Source of the DNA: Eledone cirrhosa
Lineage: Eukaryota
Assembly: GCA_964016885.1 (NCBI GenBank)
Contig: OZ024741.1
Span: forward strand, 95,666,001 to 95,730,000
Length of the DNA stretch: 64,000 nt
Direction of reading: 5' to 3'
This document shows positions 1 through 13,732 of this stretch, piece by piece; the stretch's first letter is position 1; the number at the start of each line of letters is the position of its first letter. Under the pieces are notes generated by a model. The model saw only the letters and a list, made by a program, of their open reading frames with translations. It was not told the origin of the DNA and did not search any database. A program made the position numbers and the translations under genes.

Positions 1-450
1 ATGGTGCATCTGCTTAGCTTCAATTTATACAACATTAAGCATATAGAATATAAATGCTTCCTTCTATAGGATGCAAGTCTGGAACTCGTCATACTTAAGA
101 GTAGGCATGACATTGTGGCTACAAAGCCCAATTTCTGTCGACGTCGTTTTAGGTTTGATCTCCCTTCACAGCATCTTAGACAAGTGTCTTCCACCATAGC
201 CTCGTCTTGACCAAATTTTTTTGAGTGGAATTTTAAAGATGGAAACTACATGTAAAGCCACAGTATGCATACACATACATATATATTCCCGTTTCTTCCG
301 CCTTTCACTCTCTATCTTTCTATTTCTTCTTTTATTTCTCATTCTATCTTCTGATGCACGACTAATATCTGAAACGCTAATTCACTTTTCCTACTATATC
401 AAGCGTTAAACTACTATATATCTCCAATGAACTGTATTTTCATTTACTTT

Positions 451-585
<135 letters not shown>

Positions 586-819
586 TACATTTTCGTTTTA
601 AATTTGGATTGTAAATTCTAATCTCTTGGACACAAGAATCTAAGTAATTTTCTTTTGTTCCATAATTTTCCTTGTCTCCTGATATGGAAATTGTCAGGCA
701 ATACATCACTTAACATAGAGACAGGCCAAAGGTTTTTAAAAAGAATTGTAAGCGATCAGCTATTCTTTAAAATGTAATAATTTCAAAAATATAAGAGGAT
801 GTCTAAAGATGAGTAAACT

Positions 820-937
820 GAAGCAACGTGAAATAAAGTGTCTTTCTCACGGACACAACGCATCACCCGGTCCGAGAATAACTCACAACCTCCCGATTGC
901 AAGCTCAATGTTCTAACCACTAAGCCACGCACCTTCA
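820..937 (-). mobile_element. tRNA-derived SINE, 5' part
   Basis: Reverse complement reads TGAAGGTGCGTGGCTTAGTGGTTAGAACATT... (A-box-like head) followed by GCGTTGTGTCC...CACTTTATTTCACGTTGCT, as in the copies at 15392 and 35300. Confidence 0.65.
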
Positions 938-1162
938 TATATAGCATGTATTGTATATAGTCGTGTAAAGTTCAATCACATGGAAACGTTGACCCCCGTT
1001 CTTCACGGGTTTTTGTGAATCAAGCAATTATCCTGAATACAAGTGTTATATTATGTTTTCGTGTACACATCAATGCAAATTCTTACTAAATTCATATAAG
1101 TATGGCCGCATCACACTTATAAATACTGGTAGTTATAGTTACGGTTAATATTGACAGGCATT

Positions 1163-1340
1163 GAATTGGCAGTATTGGTAGAGGGTCAGACATGCTTTCC
1201 AGCGTAGTTACGTCCCTTTACGATCTGAGTTCAAATCCCGCCGAGGTTAACTTTGCCTTTCATCCTTACAGGGTCGATAAAATAAAGTACCAGTAATACA
1301 CTGGGTTATTGCTGGCCTTGTGCCAAAAGTAGAAACAATT
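1163..1340 (+). mobile_element. SINE (cephalopod-type family, many copies in window)
   Basis: ATTGGCAGTATTGGTAGAG...GAGTTCAAATCCCGCCGAGGTTAACTTTGCCTTTCATCCTT...GATAAAATAAAGTACCAGT...GGCCTTGTGCC; B-box GTTCAAATCC; near-identical to 21630 and 60345. Confidence 0.8.
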
Positions 1341-1919
1341 ATCTGAATAAGCAATTTCCCTGAATCCAGTGGATCTTAGGAAATGTTTCATTTTGGGTCT
1401 GGCTTCTTGTTGATTATGTAAACAGTAATGTGTAGCACCGCAACTAGGCTTAAATTCATTAAAAATATTTTAACACAACTGCAAGAGGTTGAGATCTGAA
1501 GAGCATATTTTAATGTCTGTGACCTGTTCGCTTTCATCCATTATTTTCCCTCCTCCCTATCTTCTTTTCCTTCTTTCGAGTCAACTCACATCGAGTCGCT
1601 GATCTCTGCCCTTCTCGGTAATATTTTACCCAACACCGCTTCGACGGCATTTTGTTGTTCTAACAGCTTCCATACGCCGAGATTTCCCATTTTCCTGAGA
1701 ACATTAAATTTATTAAAAGTAAAAATAGTGTAAAGTAAATTATACAGTATTATATAGTCACAAAGAAGAAAACGTTTCGGTAGGAAAATGTTGCTTCGGT
1801 GGATGTGGTGGTGGTGGTGGTGGTGGTGGTGGGGTGTGATGTTTGTAACATATTTATTATTTTGGTATAGTTTTGAGCTGCCCTGAATAAATATATTCTC
1901 AGCACTGATTTTCATCCCA

Positions 1920-2215
1920 GCCGTGCAGAGCTGGCAGTGAACTTATGCAATTTAGGCGTACTTGGACTCCGTACTGCTGAGCTCCTCCGCAAGATCAGAA
2001 CGGCACCAGCCAGTCTGGGGAAGGTGGGATGGCTGTTGCAATGGGTGTCGCTGGCCAATGTTCACGGAAATTCTTATGCGATCTTGTCCGCGGAGCGCAG
2101 CCCCAACACTGTCGCGCCCTACGCTTAGAGCCCACCACACTCCCTCTTCTCTCTCCTATTTTTCTGTGACCATAGAGCACCCACCCTTCCCTTCATTTTC
2201 CGTTTTTAAATATCT
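1920..2215 (+). mobile_element. 3' end of an RLE-type (CRE/NeSL-like) non-LTR retrotransposon
   Basis: Peptide LGVLGLRTAELLRKI...GWLLQWVSLANVHGNSYAIL resembles the RLE C-terminal motif (L)QRxSxAxxRGNA; related to 46705 and 48810. Confidence 0.6.
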
Positions 2216-2632
2216 GTAGTGTTGTTATTTGAAATAGATTTGTTTACGATTTTTTTTGATTTAAAACAAACTGTTCGTTAAAAAAATTATAAAAACAAAT
2301 AAGATATTTTGTGCAAAAATAGGTCTGTGCTGATGCGACTTTAATGAAGGATATTAAAATTTGGGGTTTCAAGATATGGGCATTATAACTGTAAATCATC
2401 GTATTGCTCTTTAGTCACTTGGTCTCTATATGGGAGCCTGTGGATTCATACGGTATTTTGGATTGCAACTCAAATTCTAGTCCCTATCAAAGTCGTATAT
2501 ATGTAATAGTAAACCCTATAATTATGACATAAAATAGTCTAAAGAAGACTTTTACGTGTACTCACTCACATACGTATGTATGTGTGTAAGTGAGCGTATT
2601 TATGTGTATGCATGTTTCCACTTTCGTATTTG

Positions 2633-2726
<94 letters not shown>

Positions 2727-2743
2727 AATATATATATATTTGT

Positions 2744-2830
2744 GAAGGCGCGTCGCTGAGTAGTTAGAGAATTGGATTTGTAATCGTGAGGTGGTGAGTT
2801 CGATTCCCGGAGCTATTTCACGTTGCTCCT
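2744..2830 (+). mobile_element. tRNA-derived SINE head fragment
   Basis: GAAGGCGCGTCGCTGAGTAGTTAGAG...GAGTTCGATTCC (A/B boxes). Confidence 0.55.
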
Positions 2831-3091
2831 TCTACTTGGAGTTGCGACCGATAGATAGTATTAGCAACGTAAACATTGTTTCGTCGGTCCGATTAGACGA
2901 AAGTCGATCGACTATATATATAACAAAGGAAATGTGGTAAGGAACCAAATGGACCATAACGTACCAGAGTACTCAATACTTAAAGTAGTAGAGTGGGAAA
3001 TAGGAAAAAGTATACTTTTTCCTATATATATATATAAGTTTATCCAGGGTTCAAATTTCTCCCGAATGAAACAGTTCTAGTCCTGTAGAAA

Positions 3092-3207
<116 letters not shown>

Positions 3208-3396
3208 TATATGTATGTGTGAGATTGCGATCAATATTTAGATGTTAATATATTAACATGTATAGATGTATTGTAAGTGTGTGTTTGCAATACGTATAAG
3301 TTAATATATGTATGTGAATGTATGTATGTATGTATGTATGAGTGTTTGTATGTATTTATATATGAATGTATATATATGTATGTATATATGTATATA

Positions 3397-3481
<85 letters not shown>

Positions 3482-3483
<2 letters not shown>

Positions 3484-4270
3484 CCGACACAAAGTAAAAC
3501 TAGGATACTCCTGCGCTAAGAACATGAAGGCCCACATCACCAGCAGCCCTAGGAGCAACACTCCACCAGGGTGCTATTGCCGTAAGCCCGAAGCTTGTCC
3601 CCTTCAACAGCAATGCAACACACCAGCTGTAATTTATGAAGCTGTGGTCACTTCCAATCGACCAAACCAACCACAGGAGGTCAAATCCTATGTGGGCATG
3701 GCGGAGGGCCGATTTAAGGAACGTTTCCTGAACCATCAGTCGACCTTCAGGTACTCGGACAGACGTTCATCCACGAAACTCGTGAGCCACGTATAGTCCC
3801 TCAAAGACTCAAGTTTAGACTACTCCATTCAATGGAAAGCCATCACTAAGTCCAAGCCATACGCAAGGGGAAATCCGTCGTGTGGACTGTGTATTGACGA
3901 ACGAATAACTATTCTAAAGAAATTATGCAATAGTGATTGCCTAAACACGAGTAATGAATTTTTCACACGTTGTCCACACGTCTCGAAACACCTATTGCAT
4001 AACTACAAAGCTCCGGATTGAATGAATTATTGTAACAACATCAATATTTTTTCTTATCAACTAAAAACTTTTCGGACTTTCGCAGTTATCTCCCTTACAC
4101 CTCCCGCACGTACTTTAGTATTGCCTGTGTGAAGTGCGGGTTTCTGAGCATGCGCGTTCGTACGGTTGTCCTTCCTGTTCCGTATAACCATGCCCATTAC
4201 GAGCTGAGGATCCGCTAAGGTGAAACAATTGTTCTCGGTATGGTGAACTAACTGTTGTGTAACCACTTCT
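3482..4270 (+). mobile_element. 5'-truncated Penelope-like element: GIY-YIG endonuclease remnant plus 3' terminal repeat
   Basis: KVKLGYSC...CPLQQQC...VIYEAVV...SYVGMAEGRFKERFLNH...T.L..HV; one in-frame stop at 3794, then IQWKAI...CGLCIDE...CLNTSNEFFTRCPH to about 4022; flanked on both sides by (TA)n. Confidence 0.85.
4187..4244 (+). ncRNA. Type I hammerhead ribozyme in PLE 3' repeat
   Basis: ACCATGC..CGAG CTGAGGA TCCGCTAAGGT GAAA CAATTG TT CTCG GTATGGT: both core boxes, stem I CGAG/CTCG plus ACCATGC/GTATGGT, palindromic stem III. Confidence 0.8.
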
Positions 4271-4423
4271 ATATATATATATGTATATATGTTTGTATGT
4301 ATGTATGTATGTATGTATGCAAGTATGTGTGTATGTATATCTCTATATCTCCCCACACCATATACCTGTTTGTGTGCGAGCATGCATGTGTTTGTTTATT
4401 TGTACCTGCGTGACTGCATTTCA

Positions 4424-4529
<106 letters not shown>

Positions 4530-4720
4530 AGGAGTAAATGTGTTTACCTATGTTAAGTTTTGCATGAATGCATGTGTATGTGTTTGTTTTTTAGCACTTG
4601 TATGTGCATGCGTGTGAATATATGTATGCGTACGTATGTTCGTATTCGTGTGTGCATGCATGTGAATTTATGTATATGTAGGCGTTTGTTTATGTGCATT
4701 TGCGTGTGAATACATGGGAC

Positions 4721-4812
<92 letters not shown>

Positions 4813-6269
4813 AGTGTGTGTGTGTTCAATTGTTTCATAGGACGAAGACAACGAAGCCGTTTCAGATATTCAACAAAACAATTGGTTACTCAAAAGGAAT
4901 GCAAAATGAGGAGGAGGAGGAGGAGGAGGAGAAGGGGGAGGAGAAGGAGGAGGAGGAGGAAAAATCCCAAACAAATAAAAGGAGAGGGGTAGAGGAGGAG
5001 ATAACAGAATTATGTGAAGGATTGTTCAGTACCAAACTTCCCCTCTTCTCACCTGTTTCACCTTCTTCCCACCACCACCACCACCATGATCACCCCCCCC
5101 ATCATCACCACCACTACCACCACCACCATCACAACCTTCACAACCACCACCACCACCACTACTACCCCCCCACCACCACACATAACTAAAAACCAAACAG
5201 GCCTCATTTAATTGAAAGCTTTTCTCAGTTTAATTCACTAATTCTCATCCGATTGTTTCACGATCAGTGCTGTCCCCTGGCGGCAAAACGCCAAACTCTT
5301 GTTTCTTTACATTTCTCGTTTCCCCCGCACTCTCCTTCACTGGTTGCTACGAACACTGCACATGTGTGCTGCACACAGCATGTATCTCCCTACTTCTCCT
5401 ACACCACACTCATTATGTTTGTGACGTCACCACTTTCTATTGATCGTATTTGAATCGGCATTCTATAGATACATTTATTTGTTTGTTTGTTTATTTATTT
5501 AAATTATATTATTATTTTTTTCTTTGAATTCAATTTTTTAGTTATTTATTTAGCGCGGGAGTAAACATCTTTTCGTTTGCATTTTCGTTCTTCCTTTACA
5601 TGCTGAGTTTAAATCCTACTAGGGTTATCTTTGCTTCTCATAATTAAGTTAGTGTTAACATTTCGCAATACCGTGAGCGTCGAGAATTAAATTAGAAATA
5701 TCTATACAGTGAAGAAAAGACTACATTAAGTCAATGTTATCGACATAGACGGGAGACTACTCCGGATATATTTCGGAATTTTAACGCTCCTCAATGAAGT
5801 GTAGATTTATTTGTACTTGCCGAAGTATTGATGACTGAATTACCAAGCAACGTACAATATCATATTTGGGCATGAGTAGGCATTATAAATGAACATATAT
5901 AAGAGCGTTGCCCCAGTATGGCCTCAGCCGGATGGCTGGAACAGGTAAAAGAGTAAAAGAGTATAAAAAATAAACTAAACTAAAATGAATCACTGAAGTT
6001 AATTACTGAGAGACCTCATTTGCATGAAATAGTGTTGATAGTGTTTTATAGTTATTAGTAATGCGGTGGGTGGGGGGGGGGGTAGTTTCACGACAACCCC
6101 ATACATAAGAGTGCATGTATAGACTCGTAAGTCCTGATGCAGTCGTAGGGGTGCCGTAGTGATATTCTAAACATTGTGGAGCCCATCATTCTTTAGGTCT
6201 GAAATCAGTCGATTTCTTTCAGAGAATAAAAGAGAGAGTGATAGAGAGGAAGAAAGAAAGAGATATAGA

Positions 6270-6410
6270 AGCAGAATCAACTTCAATATTGGACTGGCAC
6301 TTCATTTATCGATCTCGAAAAGATGAAAAGCAAAGTTGATCTCGGTGGGTTTTGAACTCAGAGAATACAAAAAAGAATTCTATCCGACGTTCTAACGACA
6401 CCGCCTAAAC
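6270..6410 (-). mobile_element. SINE fragment
   Basis: GATGAAAAGCAAAGTTGATCTCGGTGGGTTTTGAACTCAGA is the reverse complement of the SINE core. Confidence 0.6.
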
Positions 6411-6539
6411 GTGTCAGATTATTATCCAAACGTTCTTGACGTTTTCAAGAATGGTGGTGAAAGCAATGGTGGGGCTGAGGTGTGAACGAACCTTACTTGG
6501 CCACTTCACTTAGTTGATTTTGAGTGTTAGAAAAAAATG

Positions 6540-6700
6540 AAATCGACCCCAATACTTGACCAATACTCAATTTATCAACTCAACCTCGAAGGAATAGAAC
6601 ATAAAGTTTGCCTCGGTGGGGTTTGAACTCAGAGAACTGAGGGCTGAAGCAAATATTATACGGTAATTAATCTGAGACTAAAACGATTCTGGTATTTCGT
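6540..6700 (-). mobile_element. SINE fragment
   Basis: ATCGACCCCAATACTTGAC...AAAGTTTGCCTCGGTGGGGTTTGAACTCAGA. Confidence 0.6.
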
Positions 6701-6761
6701 TTCTTTAAAAGATAGATATAGAGATAGATAGATGGAGAGATAGATAGATAGATAGATAGAT

Positions 6762-7255
6762 ATATTTCTTTATTAGCCACAGGGGCACAAAAGAAGGGGA
6801 CAAATACAAAGGGGGAAGTTTACATACAATAAAAACGTGTAAAATGTTATCACAGATGGAATTTAAAAGTTAGTCGATTTTCCCCAATAGAGGGAGACAG
6901 TTTATATGGGTAACACAGACCCCCGAAAAAAATGTGCAACCCTCATCTCCAGGAGTACGAAGAGCTTGTACTCCTTTCCTCTCCTCCTCCTTTTCCTCAA
7001 CCTACAGGCTGATATAGAGAGAAGGCCCATTCACTCGGGCCATTCTCGCCACTTTCACCCACCTTTCATAAAACTTGCTGGGGTACAGCACCTCTCTCTC
7101 CATCCTGATTCTTCTTCCAAAGTGGTATTTGAAAAAAAGAATCAGTTGTTGGCCGGAGAGAAAGGTGTCTGACCTCAGCCCTTTCAACCTTGTCCACCAT
7201 ACAACCTCTTTCGCCATAGCTATGACACAAAGGAAAACCGCCTCTCCTTCGTTGA
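6762..7255 (-). mobile_element. Tx1/L1-like LINE 3' end inside (GATA)n
   Basis: MAKEVVWWTRLKGL...LSGQQLILFFKYHF..RIRMEREVL..SKFYERWV; nearly the same as 44930-45380; ends AATAAAGAAATA followed by (TATC)n. Confidence 0.75.
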
Positions 7256-8176
7256 GAGATAGATAGATAGATAGATAGATAGATGGAGAGATAGATAGAT
7301 AGATAAATTGATAGCTAGATAGTTAGATACATAGATAGATTGATAGATACAGGGACTAATAGATAGATAGATAAAGAAATTAATATATTTATATATTGTT
7401 AGCAGAGAACAGGGAACCGGAAAAAATATACTGTAACGATTTTGCCAATTCACCGCTTTATTATCGAATGCATTATTTCTTTACTTAAGACAGTTAAGTT
7501 GGATTTGAGGGTAATTTGGTTTCTATTTTTTGTAGGTAGAGCAACTACGCAGAGGATTCCATGTTAGCTCATAGTGGTGTGTAGTTAATATAGTACCAGT
7601 GAATAGAACTACGGAAATCGATGAGATTTCGATCAACTATTGTATCTCTATTCTTCAACTTTATGTAGCATTGAACCAATGTTAAAAATCAAAATCTGTT
7701 GCGTTACCGAAGATTAGGTTTTCGGATTCACTTCGGCGGCATTCATTTCAATAGCGTTTGTAAAATTCTAATTTGGCCTTCATTCAACTGATTTAAGCTT
7801 TGTAGGGGTGTAAAAACATTAGTGTTCCTCGACCTCATCAAGATAGATATGTCGTTGCCGTTGTCATCACCAACATTGACAACAGTAGTAGCAAAAGATT
7901 TCAATGGAAAATAGAGAGGGGAATGATTACGTAAGGTTAGGTTGCAAGGATTAATGACGAATATTGGTTAGTGAAGAATAGTTAACATATATATATATCA
8001 GGAGCTGTTATAATTGGTTTAGTTTGATGGAAAAGAAAGACGACTATGAGGAAAAAAAAAACAGACAGATTCACAGATATATAAACAAACATACAAATAG
8101 CTACATGAATACATAGATAGAACGATAAATAGATAGATACATTGATATTGATATATATATATATAAATAGATAGAT

Positions 8177-8244
<68 letters not shown>

Positions 8245-8269
8245 ATATATATAAAAACATGAGAATAAT

Positions 8270-8545
8270 TGAGTGGTGCGTGGTTGCACATGGGTTACAT
8301 ATGAAAAAAATAGTCCTTCATCAGTGATTTTCCAACCTTCATTGGTATTTCATCGCTTTAAAAATCATATACCTCCGGTTGGTGCGAGCAATAGCTAAAT
8401 AAAGCTATTGGGACAAGTAAAATAGCGTGAAGCGAGCGAGACAAGTAAACAAACATATCAGGTATAGCAACGGAAAGATAGGAAGAAACAAGCACATGAT
8501 ATCCGTTCAGCTTAAGCTGGGTGGATTTCATGGGCGAGAGAGACA
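8270..8545 (-). mobile_element. Dispersed repeat of the family tandemly repeated at 39170-41100 (probable PLE terminal fragment)
   Basis: Shares GGAGGTATATGATTTTTAAAGCGATGAAATACCAATGA..GTTGG.AAATCACTGATGA.GGAC with 39510-39570 and 17500. Confidence 0.6.
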
Positions 8546-8964
8546 ACAGATATATATATATATATATATATATCAATAGATAGATAGATAGATAGATATA
8601 TTATAAATAGATAGATAGATAAATAGATAAGTAGTAGAAAGGTATGGTATAGAAGGATAGCCACATAAAAGTTGATTGAAACAAATACAGAAATACAGCC
8701 TTACATGCATGTAGACATGTTGAGAGATAGATAAATGGGTAGTAAAAAGTAAAGATAGACAGACAGTTAGATGTGGATGCAAAATATAGACAGTCAGAAA
8801 TACGAATTAATAGATGTTTGATATATACTAGTTTGATAAACACTTAGCCAAATAGAAAGGCCTATAGACAGACAGTTAGAGAAATGACAAACAAACAAAA
8901 CATCAGGTTGATTGATAAATAAATAGAATGGGATGGAGTTCCTTCGATTTTGTCAATGAATGTT

Positions 8965-9280
8965 TAAGGCTGTTCAGTCTACGGAACAACCTGCTCGTAA
9001 AATTAACGTGCAAGTGATTGAGCACTGAGCCGTGTATCTTTAAATTAATTCTCGGTGAGATTCAGTGTGGTACAATGCGTGACCGGCCTGGCTCTTAACA
9101 TTCCAGGTAAAATAAATTTGACGTGCTTCCAAACTGATTCCTTCGACCCAGTTTCGATTACAATGCATAGGTTGACTCGAGGCTATGATAAATGACATTT
9201 GTCCAAAGTGCCACATAATGGGATCGAACCCGCGGCCTAATGATTGCAAATCAAACTCTTAACCATTTTGCCATGCTGCG
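8965..9280 (-). mobile_element. tRNA-derived SINE
   Basis: Reverse complement head GCAGCATGGCAAAATGGTTAAGAG...GGGTTCGATCCC; body similar to 58920-59260. Confidence 0.6.
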
Positions 9281-9490
9281 TCTATATAAATAGATATATA
9301 TTAGGTAAAGTATGTGTTTGTTTATTACTGGACGGGTACTTTATTAATCAACCAAGAAAGAATGAAAGCCAAATTTGGCATCAGCGAGATTTGAACTTAG
9401 AGCACAGAGAATTGGAATAAACAGCTCACGCGAATAGGTAGATACATAGATAGATTTACAAGAGACAGAGAAATAGGCAAACGGTTATAG

Positions 9491-9598
<108 letters not shown>

Positions 9599-9666
9599 AG
9601 ATAGATAGAGAGATAGATATAAATACACACACACACACACATATATATATATAGAGAGAGAGATAA

Positions 9667-9737
<71 letters not shown>

Positions 9738-10188
9738 AAGACAAACTAAATGGTATTGCAGATCGACAATACTAGTTGTGACTTACAATATATATTTTAT
9801 AGTGATTCATATATAAACAATATTCTATAAATAGAAGAGAAAATCCATAAAACAATCTCATCCCCCGCCGTAGATTAAAAATATTGTAAAAGAAAAGAAA
9901 GCAGGAATAAATAGAACGACGTTTGTGTTAACTTGTTTTACGTTTGCTTTTCTCGAGGAAACTTTTAGATTAAATAGAGAGCAGACGATAAGTGTAAAGA
10001 GATGGCTGCTTCGTTGATTAACGTCTTGCGTTTGACCCGTCGACATCCCGAGGTATCTGAAAGGTTAGAAGGTAATTCCTTGGGCAAAGTTATTTTGTCT
10101 ATTGTGACCCAGACTCGAAGAAAGTTGATTGAATCTATTTGTTTCTTTGGCAGTATTTCAACTTAAGACAGTTGTATGTAGTAATCTC

Positions 10189-10219
<31 letters not shown>

Positions 10220-10489
10220 TGTATGTATGTATGTATGTATGTATGTATGTATGTATGTATGTATGTATATTTATATTTATATATGCGTATGTGCATCTAT
10301 GTATACATACAAACATATTTAAACATACACACAGATATATATATACATATATACATATTATAGATCTATCTATCTATATATGTCTGTCTGTATTTATAAA
10401 AAAACAACTGTTTTATGCTGTGGAAAGAGAACACATTTAAATAAAGTACTCAATACATCAAGTAAAGAAGGTACAAACTTATTTTAATT

Positions 10490-10845
10490 AAACATTATAT
10501 TGCCAAATATACTATACATACATTCATGTATACATCGCTATTTCAGAGCACCAATCCTAATTTTTAATTTTTGCTGGATCGGCAATCGCTCTGTATAATC
10601 AGTTCCTGGTTATTACTGGAATTCTATAAGAATCCAGCCTCTATAATTTTCGGCAAAGGTCGGCGAGTGCTAGGCTCTGATGAACACCCAACAGTGTGAA
10701 ACACATCTGCCAGCTTATCTCCCTTCCTTTGCTGAAAAAAGAAGTAAGTGAAATAGTCAGTACTTTAAAAATAATAGCGTATGGTCTTCAAAATGTTTTT
10801 AATTAAACATACAGTATATTGCCACATATACTATACATACATTCA
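10490..10845 (+). mobile_element. PLE-type terminal module with direct repeats and a degenerate hammerhead
   Basis: TTTTAATTAAACAT..TATATTGCCA.ATATACTATACATACATTCAT at about 10481 and about 10797; hammerhead-like GGCT CTGATGA ACAC CCAACA GTGT GAAA CACATC TGCC at 10669-10714. Confidence 0.6.
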
Positions 10846-10970
10846 TATATATATTGCAAACACACACACATATATAATGTATATATATTTATATATATAA
10901 TATAAATATATATATACATTATATATGTGTGTGTGTGTTCGCAATATATATATATTGCAAACACACACAT

Positions 10971-11013
<43 letters not shown>

Positions 11014-11017
<4 letters not shown>

Positions 11018-12660
11018 CGGGTAAAGTTCCCGAGATCCATGGACTAGTTCTCTCCAGCGGTCTCTGTCCCTCATCATCGCCGCCATGTCCTGCGTCTCCA
11101 AGAGACCTGTGTCTGTCCTTAGGGCATCAACATATGTCAACCTCGGTCTCCCTATTCTAGTGTGTCCGTGTAGGGACTCCCACAGGAGCACTGAGTGCAG
11201 TGTCAACTCCGAATGTCGGTGAGCATGTCCAGCTAACCTCAGTCTCCTCTGTGTTATTTTCGAACTGACTTTTGGGAGGCTCCCGTACAGCGCTGAGGTC
11301 TTCATCCTCAGTGTGTACTGATTAATATTCAAAGCCATCCTCAGCATCCTTGTGCAGCACCCATCCACTATCTGAGTGAGTTTCTTGGTCAGTGGCCAAG
11401 TCTCAGACCCGTACAGTAGCACAGACTCCATTGTAGCAACGAAGAGACGGATCTTCAGGTCTTTATGAATGTCCGACTTCCACACCGATCTCAAACTGTG
11501 GAACGCCTCCCAGGCTTTGCTCTTCCTCTCAACCACATCATCCTCTGTGTTCCCAATCTTTGCTCCCAGATACAGGAAGTCCTCAACCAATTCTAGCGGA
11601 TTCCCGCCTACATTCGTAATCTTCTCTGGCTTCTTAATGTTCCCAACCAGATACTTCATCTTAATCTCATTCATTCTCAGCCCCACACTCCTCGACACAG
11701 TCTCCACCTCCTGCATCAAATCCTCTGCCTCCTTCACTTCACCAGAATTATGTCGTCAGCAAATTCAGCATCTGATATCTTTTTCGCTTTAACTCTCCTG
11801 CTCTGAGCCAGTGCTACAGTAAAGCCAGAGTCCTGGTGTTTCTCCAGCGCAGGGCGCATACAATAGTCCACTGCGATGATAAAAAGGTAGGGAGCCAATA
11901 TATCTCCCTGCAGCACTCCAGTCAGTATCACAAAGAACTCCGTTATCCCGTCAGGTGTAATGACTTGGGCTTTGGTGTTGGAGTAGAGCAGTGATATCAG
12001 GTCTACTATCTTCTTGGGGGTACCATAAGCCTGTAAGATCTTCATCAGGCAGTGATGGACCACAGAATCAAAGGCCTTCCTAAAGTCAATGAAACCCATG
12101 ACAGCAGGAAGGCTCATTGCTCTAGCTCCCTCTAATATCCCTCTCAGCATCAGGATGTGACTGGTGGTTGATCTTCCATCTCTGAAGCCATTCTGCTTAT
12201 CCCTGAGCTTATTCTCCATCTCGGGTTGGATCGTGTTAAGAATCATCCTGTTGAGGGTCTTTGCCACAAATGACGTCAGTGAGATCCCCCTGTAGTTGTT
12301 GGTGTCAGACTGATATCTCTTCTTTGGCACTAGGACGATGTTACTGATCCTCCACTGATCCGGGGAAACTCCCTTCTCCAGTGTCTGGTTACAGAACTCC
12401 AGGATGATATCATCAAAATCACACCTCTTCATCACATCTGATGCCACTCTATCTTATCCATGGGCCTTGCCCTCCATGATCTCCTTCTTGGCTCTCTGAA
12501 GCTCCTCTCTGGCGATGGGTCCTGTCTCAATATCCAGTTCCTCAAACAGCTGCCTGATCCCCCAGTGTTCTGGGCTGTGGAGGGCGGCTCTCCTAGTAGG
12601 GTCGTAAATTGGTCCAGCCATTTTCTCTTCCTATCCTCGGGCCCTGTTCCATGGATCTGA
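11014..12660 (-). pseudogene. RTE-clade LINE reverse transcriptase, 5'-truncated and frameshifted
   Basis: Three overlapping frames (12432-12695, 11734-12447, 10919-11737): NYRGISL, QNGFRDGRST, FIDFRKAFDSV, GVLQGDILAPYLF, FADDI, FLYLG, VLLYGSETW, RRLRLAGH, GRPRLTY, DRDRWR; flanked by (TA)n. Confidence 0.92.
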
Positions 12661-13243
12661 CTCGATATATATATATATAGAGAGAGATATTGCATACATA
12701 CTATATATCAGATAACAAAAATCATCTTTCGCGCAAAGTTAAACACAGAGCTCAATTAAATAGAACGAAGTTAAGCTTCAGAACGATAATATGTAAATGT
12801 GAAAAGTAACATGCGAATACACATTTTTTCAGGGGATACATTTTAGTGAAAATTGTTTTATGTATAAGTCTATGATAATATATCATATGAAATGTTCATG
12901 TAAATAAATATTTTTATAGTCCTGCTATGATATATATATATATGAATGAAAAAGATTCAGGACCCCGACGGATGATCTCCGGCCGCTTCGAGAGCTAGAT
13001 CCGAATTAAACCCTCTGGTGGGTTATGGTCCACCTGGTATCTTACCACACCCTCTCTAATATATATATATAATGGCTATTTATTTACCACGCTAATAATT
13101 CTAATTTAGTCCAGAAATAGCCGTCGAAACGGCTTGAGCTCTGCCGTCGGGGTTAACATTTTCCTATTACCCACTCTACTACCCTAAGTATGGAGTACTC
13201 TGGTGCGTTATGGTCCATCTGGTTCCTTACCACATCTCCTTCG

Positions 13244-13289
<46 letters not shown>

Positions 13290-13295
13290 CACACA

Positions 13296-13334
<39 letters not shown>

Positions 13335-13373
13335 TCATATACATATATATATGTATATGTATATATTTATATA

Positions 13374-13438
<65 letters not shown>

Positions 13439-13732
13439 TGATGCCAACATATATAATTGCAGGTTTCATCAATATGCCAAAAGTACTCACACTGTAGCTA
13501 TGCCTACCATCAACATGACAATAATCTGTTAACTGAATGAAAGAATTGAGCCTAGAAAACAGAGATTTCATATATATTTTGAAAATTTTATAACGGATTT
13601 GAATAACTTTTCCGACGTGAAAATAATCGTTTCAAATGCTTTATCTGTTATATTCTACTACACAGTTTAGATTGTCTGTTGTTTTACTTTATATTTCTGA
13701 TATTTCTTTTAAAGTAAATAAAATAGCTAATC

